NCBI GenBank assembly: GCA_973895155.1
Contig: OZ316894.1
Location: forward strand, 25,418,709 to 25,482,708
Length of the DNA: 64,000 bases
From: Marsupella aquatica
Lineage: Eukaryota; Plantae; Marchantiophyta
Reading direction: 5' to 3'
Below, one piece after another: positions 17,440 to 29,306 of this stretch. The position numbers and the translations under genes were made by a program. The notes under the pieces were generated by a model. It worked only from the letters and a program-made list of their open reading frames with translations, had not been told where the DNA came from and ran no database searches. How positions within the stretch are numbered: the first letter of the stretch is position 1; every line of letters begins with the position of its first letter.

Positions 17440-18924
17440 CTAACAATTGCATGGGTCAAGATCAGGCCTCATTGCAAAAGGATTGAGACCAGGTTGGAAA
17501 GTCACATTAGTCCACCTAAAATTGGGTCCAAACCATCTTGATGAGATGTCAGGTTGGGAATGCGGAGTCAGTGGTCCAGAATTGATTGCAATTTGAAACC
17601 AAAGTTGCTTTTGGACATCACATGCTACCACAATTCCTTGTCCATATGCTTGGAGGTAAATACATTCATCATCACTAGCTATCCCTTCCACAATTTCTGC
17701 ATCATCAATATTCTCAGTTGGGCCTCTACAGATGAGAACAATTGCGTAAGAGCTTGGAAGGATCTCAAAGATTTGAATGCTACATTTTGGTATATAGGAA
17801 GGCCCATAAACAGATTCCCCAATTTTGAAGCCACGCACCGGTCGATCTTTGCTTTGCATAACCACAAGAAGCACTTTCCCTTGGCAGACCACAATTCCGC
17901 ATTGACAAACATCATCTTCAATCTCAAAGGGATGGGTAATAGTAGCCCACACCCCTTTCTCAACCTCGTAAGCAAAAAGTGATAAGTTCTTAAATGATCT
18001 AAAGCCGCTAGTAGCTAGCGCAAAATAAAGTGTTCCTTCAAAGTATGTGCTTGTGACTTTCCTTGTGCCTCGCGAGACAAGTGGACCTGGAGAATCTATA
18101 GACCATCTATTCAATCTAGGGGAATAAATCTCAGCACAGAGATTGCTCTTTGGACTATCAAAAGGAAACATCTCATCAACAATTGAGGTTCTATCATCTT
18201 GCGTGATGACAATAACCTTGTAATTAGTGAGACCAACTCTCACAACATGGATGATGTCAAGCATTGGTCGTGAAGGTGTGGTCGGCATAGGTAGCTTGCT
18301 CCAAATTTTAAGGAGGGGATTTGTTACATGGAGGTTTAGATCTCCTCCACTCCAACCACCTTGGTGAAAGCATAAGAGCGAACCTCCTGCACCACTTGAG
18401 AGCCATCGAACTCTATTGATTCCAGTGAAGTAAGAGGTAGAGAACAGCTTTTCCCAATGTTTAGAGAATCGGTTATATCCAACGAGCCACTCACAACTCC
18501 AACTCCAGAAAAGTGGACAGTAGGATTCCCATTTTGATGAAACACTACTCAATTCATCTTGAAACGCACGACATTGGGCAATTCGTCTTGCCCATTTCCT
18601 TGATAGCACTTGAATTTGGAACAATGCATGGAAAGAAAGGTGTGCAAATATCTTGTCTAGCAATACATCAGGCAATTGACTCCATAGATTAGGATGAAGG
18701 TCTCCTTTCTTGAGTTCAGTGGTAGTTTCACTAGGATTGATTTCCAATTTACTGATCATTGCAACAACTTGGGATTCTTCAACCAACTCTGAAATTGGTT
18801 GTTCAGGCGGAGGGCAACTTGAACTTGCCATATTCATGTAGCAAAATCTAAGGATCTCTTTTGAAAGAAATATTCTTTGTATGCCAGCAAATTGCCGCTT
18901 CCAAGAAAGCCCTGTTTGTTCCAT
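17440..18924 (-). CDS. F-box protein with a kelch/FBA-like C-terminal region; intronless CDS
   Basis: 494-aa ORF (likely start Met at 18837) with F-box motif LHPNLWSQLPDVLLDKIFAHLSFHALFQIQVLSRKW, followed by typical plant F-box propeller motifs GGSLLCF, VTNPLLKIWSKLP, EIYSPRLNRWS, FEGTLYF, AYEVEKGVW and FQPGL. Confidence 0.88.
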   Translation of the reverse strand: MEQTGLSWKRQFAGIQRIFLSKEILRFCYMNMASSSCPPPEQPISELVEESQVVAMISKLEINPSETTTELKKGDLHPNLWSQLPDVLLDKIFAHLSFHALFQIQVLSRKWARRIAQCRAFQDELSSVSSKWESYCPLFWSWSCEWLVGYNRFSKHWEKLFSTSYFTGINRVRWLSSGAGGSLLCFHQGGWSGGDLNLHVTNPLLKIWSKLPMPTTPSRPMLDIIHVVRVGLTNYKVIVITQDDRTSIVDEMFPFDSPKSNLCAEIYSPRLNRWSIDSPGPLVSRGTRKVTSTYFEGTLYFALATSGFRSFKNLSLFAYEVEKGVWATITHPFEIEDDVCQCGIVVCQGKVLLVVMQSKDRPVRGFKIGESVYGPSYIPKCSIQIFEILPSSYAIVLICRGPTENIDDAEIVEGIASDDECIYLQAYGQGIVVACDVQKQLWFQIAINSGPLTPHSQPDISSRWFGPNFRWTNVTFQPGLNPFAMRPDLDPCNC

Positions 18925-20797
18925 GAACTTATAATAAAATCTTACTTCTCAACAATTGTCGTACATTTCTTCTGATAATCTACCAAGATTTCTTCTAGTG
19001 AATTTTCGTGCCCACTAATGATGATGTTGTTGCTGAATGAGCCTCCAACCTATATACTTCTCCCATGTAAGTCAGCTTGTAATCTATTGTAAAAATTTCG
19101 ATTTCAACAGTCAGGCCTAAAATCTTTCAGAGGTCATGAAAATCAGCAACTCTTGAGTAAAGGATGAAGGATAATTTGGTTTTGATGCTTATGGAGATCG
19201 TTCGCACTTCCGTTGCTTGTACCATTTTAGGCTGCAGTTATAATTGTATTTATGTTTACTTTTTTAATTGATGGCTTGCTTGCATGGCAACATCAAAGAG
19301 TCCATTCAACTTCAGTAAGGTAGCAAGATATCTGATGAATTTTGGCTCACTGCCAGCTGGTTGCATGCTCATCAAAAAGTGCATGTTTTGTGGAGTTTTG
19401 TGTCTTATATCTTAATTAAGTGAATGTAGGTCTGTACTTAATGGCCAGATTTGAATCTGGAGAGATGTGATTCATGTTCTTATGATCTACAAGTTACCTC
19501 CTACATTTTACCTCCTACAATTAGTATGATCATGCCTGGGTTGCATAAATCAGTATTGCTTATGCAGGGTCCAGGCACTGATTGCTATAACTTTACTTGG
19601 CTTGAGACCAAAGTCAACCAACCACCCACAATATTCTCACATACTTGGTCTATGCAACTTAGCTTTGAATCGCCTACCTAGTCGCCTACTCCGCTAATAT
19701 AGATAGATGCTTCTAGGGACATGCCACCCCGGCCAACTTTGGTGTGCCATGTTTGGCCCCAAACCTTTGAAGTAGCCCTGACATGCCGCAGCTGTCTATC
19801 TTCCCTTCTGGTCCAGGCATTATAAATTCCCAAGAAAAAATGTTGTGGGGGCAATAAGTCCCAACTTGCTTATCTTGGATACTCTTTAACTAGTTTGGAT
19901 GGGGAGAAGATGGTACTACTTTCCAGCCCTTAAATTGCAGAGTGCCCATCTCTAAAACCAGGATCCATCAGGTTCTACCTATAAGTCAGTAAATAATGGT
20001 ATAATTGGTACTACAGTATTCTTGGCAGAGGGGATTGAATGAGGTGTGTGGGCTTTGGTGTTTCTGGCTTTTATATAATGTCCAGTGGTGGTTTAAGTTT
20101 TGACTTGTAAGAGGGTAGACTTATTGATTGTCTCTTGGCTCCTGTCTTCGGTGGTAGTTGTCACATGTGCAACAATAACCCCCCCCCCCCCCCCCTCAAA
20201 AAAAAACCAAAATAAATAAATTGAGTGGGAATGGCTTGCCCAAAATGCTTTTTTCTCTGGCTCACCAGACAGTGCGCGGGACTAGAGAGTGTATTGTGAC
20301 CCCCTCATCTCTTTTTTCCTTAGAAGTTTTATGGGAGCTCCCCAGCATAACCCCCTAACCAGCCTTGCCAAGTCAAAATCTCAACATGTGATGTGAAAAA
20401 AGAGTGTTAAGGGTTACACTTGCTAACCCATGGCCTGGTCAGGGGCCATTGCCCCAATTCCCTCGGGCATTACAGCCCTTAGCCCCCTTCAGAGCATGGT
20501 CTCAGAATTCCAAAACGTTATCTGAATAAAAGTGTTAGGAGTTACAGTTGCTAACCCATGGTCGGTTTGTAGGACATAGCTGTAACCCTCTCAGTCTAAC
20601 TGTCCATGGTTATTACAGCCCATAACCCCCTCCAGGCCATGGGTTACAGCTTTCTATATGGAATGTAGGTTTAGGGTGTGTGACCATTTTTGGAGTCACC
20701 TATTTTTCTCATAAACACTAATTACATACTATAATGGAGGTCTCAGTGGGAATTATAGCCTGACCCCGGCACCAAGAAAGCTCAGAAAAACTTTCCT

Positions 20798-20908
20798 CCT
20801 ACCCTCGGTCAGGTTTTCCTCACTTTCTGGTCCCGGCTACCCTCGGTCAGATTTTCCTCACTTTCTGGTCCCCGCTACCCTCGGTCAGGTTTTCCTCACG
20901 TTCTGGTC
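20798..20908. repeat. Tandem repeat, about 38-bp unit x3, upstream of the qRRM gene
   Basis: CTACCCTCGGTCAG(G/A)TTTTCCTCAC(T/G)TTCTGGTC repeated three times. Confidence 0.9.
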
Positions 20909-22774
20909 ACTGGGTACAGGCTACTAACCCAAACCAGACCGTCATTATCCTACACTTAAAAGTGGGGGTGGGGGGCATGATGCCACCAAAAGTGTGGCGG
21001 GGCCCCATGCGCCAGTTTCTGCTCCCGTCCGAGTAACACCCCCTTTCTCTCTCTTCTCTGTCTGATCACAGAACTGATCTCCCTCTCGTCGCTTCTCTTC
21101 TCTTCTCTTCTCTGCTCGACTCGTCCCCTCTCTCGAGTCTGGCTCTTCGGCAGCATCATGTCCGTCTCGAACGACTGATGCTTCACCTCGTCCTCCACCG
21201 TCACGCCTTTTCATGGAAAAACAGAGTGGACCACGACGAACCCCTGCTTGCTATCGTTGATGCGCGGGCGCGGCGTCTCTCACCGTGCCGCATTCCCCTT
21301 CCCCATTCCTGTCAGAAATTTCATTAATTAATTCCTCGTCCAGCTTCTTCGCTCGCCGAAGTTGTGGTTATGTTTCCGCCGCAAATACCACTGCCTCTCT
21401 CGGGGTGCCTCCCGTGCCACCACCACCACATTGCTGTGGCTGAAGGACGGACTGACTGACTGACTGTCTGACGGAGAGTTCGGGAGAATGATGTCTTCGG
21501 CGATGTTGCCCCCGCACCGGAGCGACCAAACCATGATGCTCTGCTAACTGCAACGGCGTGTTTTCATGTCCCTCGTGTTGTTCTTGGTAATGTGACTGTC
21601 TTTGCTTCATCCCACGGTGTCCTCCAGTTTATCTTCGCTGTTTTTTTGACGGAATGGAATCGACTCGGCACTTTTTTTAAGGACTTGGAATCATCGATTG
21701 GGCATTTTTTTTTAAATATTATTTATTCCGGTTTGTTTCGAATTTACGATTGGTTGAAGAGGTGAAGGAGGGTGAAGTTGTTCAATTTGTGCGGAGCACT
21801 CTCTTTTTCGCTCGCTCTCTCCCCCTCTCGTTCTTCCTCTTTGTGTGTCCTGAGTAAAACGAAGTTCCAACATCAATTGTGTTGTCGAAGTATCAAATCA
21901 ACTCGTCGGGTTCCTGGTATGATCTCGAATTCGTGCGGTGGACTTTGCCACATTCTCGACGTGCGGGGCCTTAGGAGGAAAAATTGGAGTCCTTAAGCAG
22001 GCTGAAGTGTCAATTATAAGGGGACAATGAACGGGGGAGAATTTTGAAATTGTCTGCACTTTTCTCTGTCCCGAGTGCGTGTTAGGGTTGAGATGCTTGG
22101 ATGCGGCAATTTGGCGAGACCTTCAGCAGCTCGCAGTTAGTGAGGTTGGGATTGATCGTTAGATATTCCGCATTATCTGATGACTGCGTTTGGACACTAA
22201 CGAGGGTGTGGGTTTAATCTGTCTGTCTTCCCCCAGCAGGAAAGTGCGAGTGCAATGGGTTGAAATGCAATGCAATGTGGAGGAGCCCAGGGCTGAGAGC
22301 TGACCTTGTTACCTGTTCTTGACTGTCCGCGCTGTAGGTCTAGACGATTTCGTCTTCTTCCAGAGAGAACCACGAGGCGTGTGAAGGTTGGATAAATGCA
22401 ACTCTTGAAATCTCTTCTAATCCTATGCGTCGTTGAAGTTGGCGTTGGGGGAGTTCTTTATATGAGATTAGTCTTGTACCATATAACTAAGCAAGGTCTA
22501 AAATGTTGTCATGACGACTCTTCCGGGGGGATGGGTTATGCTGTTTGTGATTCTTCTGTTGGGGATACTTCATGCTGGGCTATCTTGTCGGGCTGGTTGA
22601 TGCGGTGTTTGATTTTTTGTGGAAGCTAAGGGTAGGTTGGAGGATCACGGTGGGAGGGGAGGAGTGGACGGGATCCTATCATAGTAAATGTAGGGGTTTC
22701 TTATTTGTTGTTGCCTGTTGTGACGGATGCCTGTGGCTTGCAGCTCAGAGGTTTTAGGGGACTTGGTGGCCAGC

Positions 22775-25700
22775 ATGGCGGGCATAGCAGGGCTTGTGGG
22801 AGGAAGTGCTCTCGATGATGAATTGTGAGTGTTTGTGGTGTACGGGTGAAGTGCGGTCTCATGGGCTATTTGCAGAAGGGCATTGTGAAACCGTTGGTGC
22901 TCGCTGAGTGGATCGCTGCACTGGATTTTGAGGGTTTCACATAAGGCCCCTCTTTAATAATGTTTTCTTGTTCATCATGCCGAGAAAAGCATGTTTGGAA
23001 TTTGATTAACAATCAAACTGAATCACAGAAATATGTCTGGCTATTTGTGATCAATTGTCCTACCTGGTATCGATAATACACATCCTGCGGGACCTCTCTC
23101 ACCAGCCCATTGCCCTGATCCTTCCAGAAAACGAAGCAATGTCGTCCGGCTTCGGGGCCTTCCATTCAGTGCATCCGAGTCAGATATTGCAGATTTTTTT
23201 AAGGGACTCGAGATGGGACCTGATGGTGTTGTTATCTGTGTTAACTTTCAAGGTTTACTTCTCATCCCAATTTGTTTGGTTTCGTGAGCGTGTAGTGCTC
23301 CGTGAAGCTTTTGTTAATTACATCCGAGCAGAGCTGTTGACTAGCATCGAATCACAAGTGTATTTTACAGAGCCTTGTGCCGTGTGTAACCATTCTGCTA
23401 TCATGCCATAATGAAAGTAATTTTCCATATTTTACTGCAGGGAGGTCAACAGGCCAGGCCTATGTCCAATTTGCGAGTGCAGAGTTAGCAAATAAAGCTC
23501 TGGAACGTAATAGGTGCGAATGTTACAGACTATTTTAACCGTTGACCATTGGTTTTCGGTTTGATGGTTTGAAATGACCTCGTGATGAATTGAAGTGGTG
23601 TTTCAGTTAGTCTATTCTATGTGTAGCTAAGAATGTACGGCAATAAATTCGGACCAATCTTGTCAGGCTGTACTGATGTTAAAGTTACTGAGCTGTTTGA
23701 TCGTCTGTTGGATGCAATTTGAAACAGGCAGCACATTGGTAGTCGATACATTGAAGTTTTCAAGGGGCATCCAGCTGACATGCAAGTACGGATATGTCCT
23801 GATTGTCGCGTTTTAATCTCTTTACTGGACCCAGTGTATAAGTGTAGCATAAGAATAGCTTCCTGTAGTCTTGCGGTGGCAGATTACCTCTGTCAGGCTT
23901 ACGTCATACAATGTTTATGATCTCAGTGTACATGATTTGGTCTCATAGTTTGGAGCTATATGGCAGGGAGCACTGCGAATGGTTGGGAGAGGAAGCGGTG
24001 CAGTAAACGGCACTGCTGGGGGTCTACTCAACACAGGCATTCCTGGAATGTCGGGCAATCCAGACATGCGCTACACAGGAGTTGTGCGGATGAGAGGGAT
24101 GCCTTACAGGTTGGCTGTCTTTTAGTCGTGTAGAATGTTAAACTAGCGTAGATCCATTTATTTCAAACGAATTCCCCAAAATCTTGGGATTTCTGTGTGC
24201 TTTGCCGGGCTAAAAATCCTCTAGATGTCGCTTTAGTATGATCTTCCTCTGACTGAATTCTTGTGTGAGGCTTTCATTAAACCTTTGCCCAATTTTTAGT
24301 ACGTGCGTTGATGTATTTCGCTTTCAAAACGACTGTCATGTAGGTCTCAACCCCTAATTGCCTTGCAGTTTCCATTCCTAAGCCCACGTGTGTACCTGTA
24401 CTGATGGTGCTCGAACGTTAAGTCTTTGGTCTCCACAGCATCGCGTGTTCTGACCTTCGTGGTTTACTCTGGTGTGACAGCTGTACTTCCGCAGATATCA
24501 CCGCGTTTTTCAAAGGAATGCAGGTAGTTTCCGATGGTATCTTCCTCTGCACCCACGCTGATGGCAGACCAACAGGCGAGGTTTGTATTCGTGAGTTACC
24601 TGATTTCTGTTTTTTCTGTCAGCCCAACATACTGGGTTAATTATTAATCATGCCCCAGGCTTTGGAAACTTGATTTCACCATTGAAAGGATACTTTTTAG
24701 CTTTTTGGGGGGACTGCCTTTCAGACGGCGTTAATCTCCTGTTTTGTAGTGCAGAAGTTTTGAGGGTGTGTTTGATCCTTTGGAATTTCCTGTGGGACAC
24801 CTTTTCGCATTCTTCCTGTACAACGAGTTTAATAGTAACTGTTGGGATTGCGTTGACGAATGCTGGTCTTGGTCACTTTCGGTCTCACAGGCTTTTGTTG
24901 AGTTCACAAATGAAGAAACTGCTGCACGTGCCATGCAGCTACATCGTGAACCAATGGGATCGGTCAGTCAATTTTAATTCCTCTTGAATTTGTGTATCTG
25001 GGGTTCTAATTCAGTACAGCGCATCTGTCGCCATAAGTCCCAGTAGGTCCAAAGAGTTTGTGGTTTCTCACATAGGGCTAGTCTTTGGTACCCCATATAT
25101 TTTCATTCATACATTTGTTTCCTACTGCGCAGCGCTACGTAGAACTCTTTCGCAGCACAAAGGGAGAGATGATGACTGCAGTTCAGCAACGCATGTATGG
25201 AGGAATGTTTTCTGGGGTTGGGGGCTTTTCCCAGTTTGGTGTCAACCAGGTCAGACTTCAATTTATATGGAAGTCTCACTTTTCAATCAAGTACTGAGGT
25301 ACACAAGATAAAATCCCATTTGGTAAGATCATAATGTAGGGCTACGAAATTTCTCTGACCCTCTGAAGAATTGGCCATGGTGGTGGAATGTGTTTCCAGA
25401 TTCCAGGAATGATGGGTGCATTTGGAGTTCAGGGTTTAACTGGCATGAATGTAGCAGCACTCCAGGCCGCCGGTCTGGGTGGAATTAGTAGTTTGACCAG
25501 TGTAGGAGATACCTCGGAGCATGTATGCATCAAAATGCGAGGGCTCCCTTATAACGCTGGGCAGAGAGAAATAATGGATTTTTTTGAAGGGTATAATATT
25601 CTTCCGAACGGAATTCACGTCGTGATGGGAGCAACAGATCGTCCAACTGGGGAGGCCTTTGTTGAATTTGTTTCATCGGAAGAGACTCAACGCGCAATGG

Positions 25701-27379
25701 AGCGCCATAGACAAAATATTGGGTCTCGGTACATTGAGCTGTTTAGAGCAACAAAGAGGTAGGCCATCCTGTATAGATAGTATTTACTGTGTCCAGTAGA
25801 AATATCATCCTGTGGTTCTTTGAGCTTGAAGATAGAGTTCTCTGCTAAGCCTGTAAATCCCTGGCTCTGTAAAGATTTGAGAGGTCTCGATCTCAGACTT
25901 TCCTGTATATGTTCCCGCAACTACAGGGTATGGCCTTTCGTCCTGATACATGTTCTCGTGCTTAGATGTATCCTTGCAAAAGAGATGGATTGCTACACCT
26001 TCACTTAGGCATTGGTCCACAGACTGTCCATTTAATATGTAGGTTGAATGGGGCTGTGACTGATCTGCCCAATGAGTGCAGTATAGACGGATGTTCCCGG
26101 CCTGGGACATCACAATGGATCTCTCTAATGTAGTCGTTTCTTATTTTGTACCAGCGAGATGCTCCTTGCAATGGGAGGATTAGCTGGCTTCGGCATGGCT
26201 CAAGCATTAGATCCTGTTCAGATTTTGCTTCTGCAGCAGCAGGTAATTTGTTTATTTTGCATCAATTCTAGTCAAAATGTCTTTCAGATTGGTTATATTT
26301 TCAAGTCCAAGAAACAACTTGTTGTGTATGTTCACATCATTAAAGCATTGATATGATGGAGGAATATCTGGGCAGGTTCAAGCAGCGGCTGGGGCATTTG
26401 GGATGAGTGGTTTAATGAGCACGCAAGGTGCTGGTGCATGGACAGACATGCAACAAGCAGCCGCAGCAGCTGCTTCCTTTTATCAAAGACAAGCAGGATT
26501 GACCGGCTCACCAGGAACAGTGGCCTTTGATCCTTCATCTACAGCTAAGATTCGGGGTCTACCTTATAGGACATCGGTATGCTCATTCTTACCTGCTCAC
26601 TATTCGCAACAACGTTTTCGAGAGAATTGTAGATTGTAGCTGCACTATACAACACGTTAAACTCTAAACTTTTTGGGTGCCTGCCTGGTTTGAATCCTCA
26701 CACTGAATGCTTTTCTGTGTTGCCTGCATTGTGTGACTGGTATACCATAACTGAGTCTTATGTTGTGACCGATAGCACTCCCTTGCGTAAGCGTCTCCAC
26801 GCGCGATTGTGTGACTTGTATACCATAGCTGAGTCTTATGCTGTGACCGATAGCACGCCCTTGCGTAAGCGTCTCCACGCGCGCCCCGTGCCCCGCTCCC
26901 CCCCCCCCCTCAACAACAAAAAACACCAAAAAAACCTCTTTTCTCGTCCGCTGCAAACAGAAGAAGTCTGGTGCAATCGCAATCGCCACCGCGCAAGGGT
27001 ATGTCTAGTGAGATTAAATGTATATATTCTACAAGACAACCATTTACTCATGATGCACTGGAAACCATCAGGACAAAGTGTTATGAGAAAACTCGTTTTC
27101 ACAGTATCTTACTCAAATTCCTGGAAAGACACAAAAATCTGACAGATGAGTCTAGATTGCAACCTTGCAATGAAATAGTTGAATGATCCTTATGCTCTCA
27201 AAACGTTGGTGCCTACCCTTGGTCAACTTTTTAATTGTGGGAAGTGGGTCGCTCGTTTGATACTTGGGTTTTTGTGCAGACATGATACAGGAATGGTAGC
27301 GGGATGGGTGGGCTGGGATGGGGTTGGGTGGGGACATGCGGATGGTAGTTTCAGGCTTTATTTTAGGAAACGAGCCTAG
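22775..27379 (+). CDS. hnRNP F/H- or ESRP-like RNA-binding protein with three complete qRRMs and the first strand of a fourth; 3' exons uncertain
   Basis: MAGIAGLVGGSALDDELKRSNVVRLRGLPFSASESDIADFFKG..GRSTGQAYVQF..QHIGSRYIEVF; VVRMRGMPYSCTSADITAFF..GRPTGEAFVEF..MGSRYVELF; CIKMRGLPYNAG..DRPTGEAFVEF..NIGSRYIELF; then TAKIRGLPYRTS before a donor at about 26577. The tentative end uses exons 26961-26998 and 27280-27379. A long intron-containing 5' UTR appears to start near 21050. Confidence 0.88.
26728..26883. repeat. 78-bp tandem duplication (near-identical) in a qRRM-gene intron, followed by a C-tract
   Basis: ATTGTGTGACT(G/T)GTATACCATA(A/G)CTGAGTCTTATG..GCGTCTCCACGCGCG starts at 26728 and 26806. 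Confidence 0.92.
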
Positions 27380-28943
27380 GTCTCGAAGGACAGAAGCTGT
27401 TACGAGGCTGGCTCCACAAGAGAGTACTACACACAAGCTTACCGAAGACGTGAACATTTGTAGATTAAGCACATGAGGACATTCAGTATGATGTTCTCGA
27501 GAGAGATTACTTAGTAGTATCTAACAATTGTGGCTGGGATTGGGAGAATGTTTTGACATAGCTCCTTTTGCAAGTGTCGCTGGCACCTATGTATTAGTTT
27601 TGGGAAGTCTAGTGTATGCAGAGAGTAGAACAAGCTTGTTCAACTCAGACTTCTCACATCTTCTGTAAAGGATGGCCGAGACAGAATGGTCAGATTAGAT
27701 GTTCTGACATTGGAAAGAGTGATCTGGCCTTCCTACGTAGGAGCCAGAGACAGTTGTGTACTCAATGTCGCAGTGCAAGTTCATTGTCGCAACCATACGC
27801 GGTCAAACAGGCCTTTTTTTCGCTCTCCTCCCCATTTTATGAATAAAGAAGCTATAGTTTGACTTGCGGTATTTCACGTGGAAAGATGCCTCGGGCTCAT
27901 TTGACAACGTCGAAGAATTTCATTGACGTTTATGTTTTTTACTATTGTTTTCCTGCCGAGAGCAAAGTTTATTAGCATGGGCAGTCTAGCAAGGTAGCTG
28001 ATTTCAGTTGGCAGTTATATTGTTGTTATGCACGGAAACGTGCCTCATATTCTTGAATTGCTTATCACCCAGGGTCCCAAATCGTTGGGTGCATCTTGCG
28101 TCATTTGTGATGTGCCTTTCTATGCCACCAGGCTTTGCGAACTGTGACGCAGCTACTTTCTAGTTGTGTGGTCTTGTGGTTTTGTCCGGCATGATATTTG
28201 TGCCTACAACCCATCTTATGGTGTGGTTTTGCACTTTTGCTTGGGTTTGGTGATCCTGTTTATATCCTGATCTGACCCAGTAAGCACTTCTATGAATCGA
28301 TCTTTTGTGAAGTCCGAGGTGCTATTTAGTAGCAGTGCCGGATCTAAGTGCGTTTGATGTATGGAGAAGTGAGCTCCAAGCCGTTTGGTTTTATTGTTAC
28401 GCTATTGAATGGTGCCTTTAGAGCATTTTCATTAGGTATCCTGCATACCGGTGCAGAAATTATTTTCATATTTCCAACTCCTCTGTCATTTGTAGAAACA
28501 AAGTGTTTTTATTCCAGGTCCGAGGTGAATACAGTAGTAGAGTATGATCCTCCAAGATTTGTAAAAAACGTTGTTGTCTTCCTTTTTCCAGGGTCGGAGG
28601 TGAACACATTAGAGAATCATCTTAAAAGAAGCAAGCGTTACGAGTTTATCATTCTAAAAGAAGCAAGCGTTACACAGCTTGGAATCAGCTGTCGATACTT
28701 CTAGAGACCCGGGAACTAAAATAAGATGAGTGACAGATGGTGATGGAGAGACTATGTGAAACAAGATCTACAGCTCTTCGATGCATGACAGGAAAAGTGG
28801 CTACAGAGACACTCTTGAGTTGAGACCATGCGGAACCCAGAAATATCGTTCGAGGTAATGTGGGGAAGAATTTGACCATATCGAACCCACAGTACGTGAT
28901 GAATTGTTCTATACTGTACATTTATATAAACAGTGGATTAGAC

Positions 28944-29306
28944 ATTAAGAAGGAAGGGCAAGATCGAGGCTAATCAATGTGATTAGCCTTTATTAACCCC
29001 GTACGAGACTGCCCGCTGCCCAGTATTTTTAACGTTAATATCTAGTTAAATACCAAGAGCGAATCACTCTGGACACCAACTGCCACAAGGCTAGTTGGTA
29101 GAGGAGCTCCTTTGGGATGCAGCAGGTCCTAGATATGAATCTGGCCAGTGACACTTACAAGTTTTTGTCATTCACCCCACCCAAAAGTGGGGAGCATTCA
29201 CACTCTAGTTACACTTAGAAGAAGTGTGACACCGAAAAACAGTCGGGCGGCTAAAACAGTACGGAGAGGCTCATTATGAGCCTCGATCTTGTCTTTCGTC
29301 CTGAAT
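28944..29306. mobile_element. 363-bp non-autonomous inverted-repeat element with a 9-bp TSD (Mutator-like MITE)
   Basis: Perfect direct repeat GGATTAGAC at 28935-28943 and 29307-29315. Left end ATTAAGAAGGAAGGGCAAGATCGAGGCT matches the reverse complement of the right end, ATTCAGGACGAAAGACAAGATCGAGGCT. Confidence 0.8.

Noticed and set aside
25964-25975. GTATCCTT in a qRRM intron, and ATATCCTT at about 38090 (-) in FANCJ, as U12 donors
   Set aside because: Both lie inside introns whose reading frame is already restored by ordinary GT-AG sites.
26728-26883. 78-bp repeat as tandem intronic C/D snoRNAs
   Set aside because: No proper RUGAUGA C box or terminal CUGA D box with a closing stem.
29081-29153. 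Functional tRNA gene
   Set aside because: The T-loop lacks GTTC, the anticodon stem is poor, and it is embedded in a TIR element.
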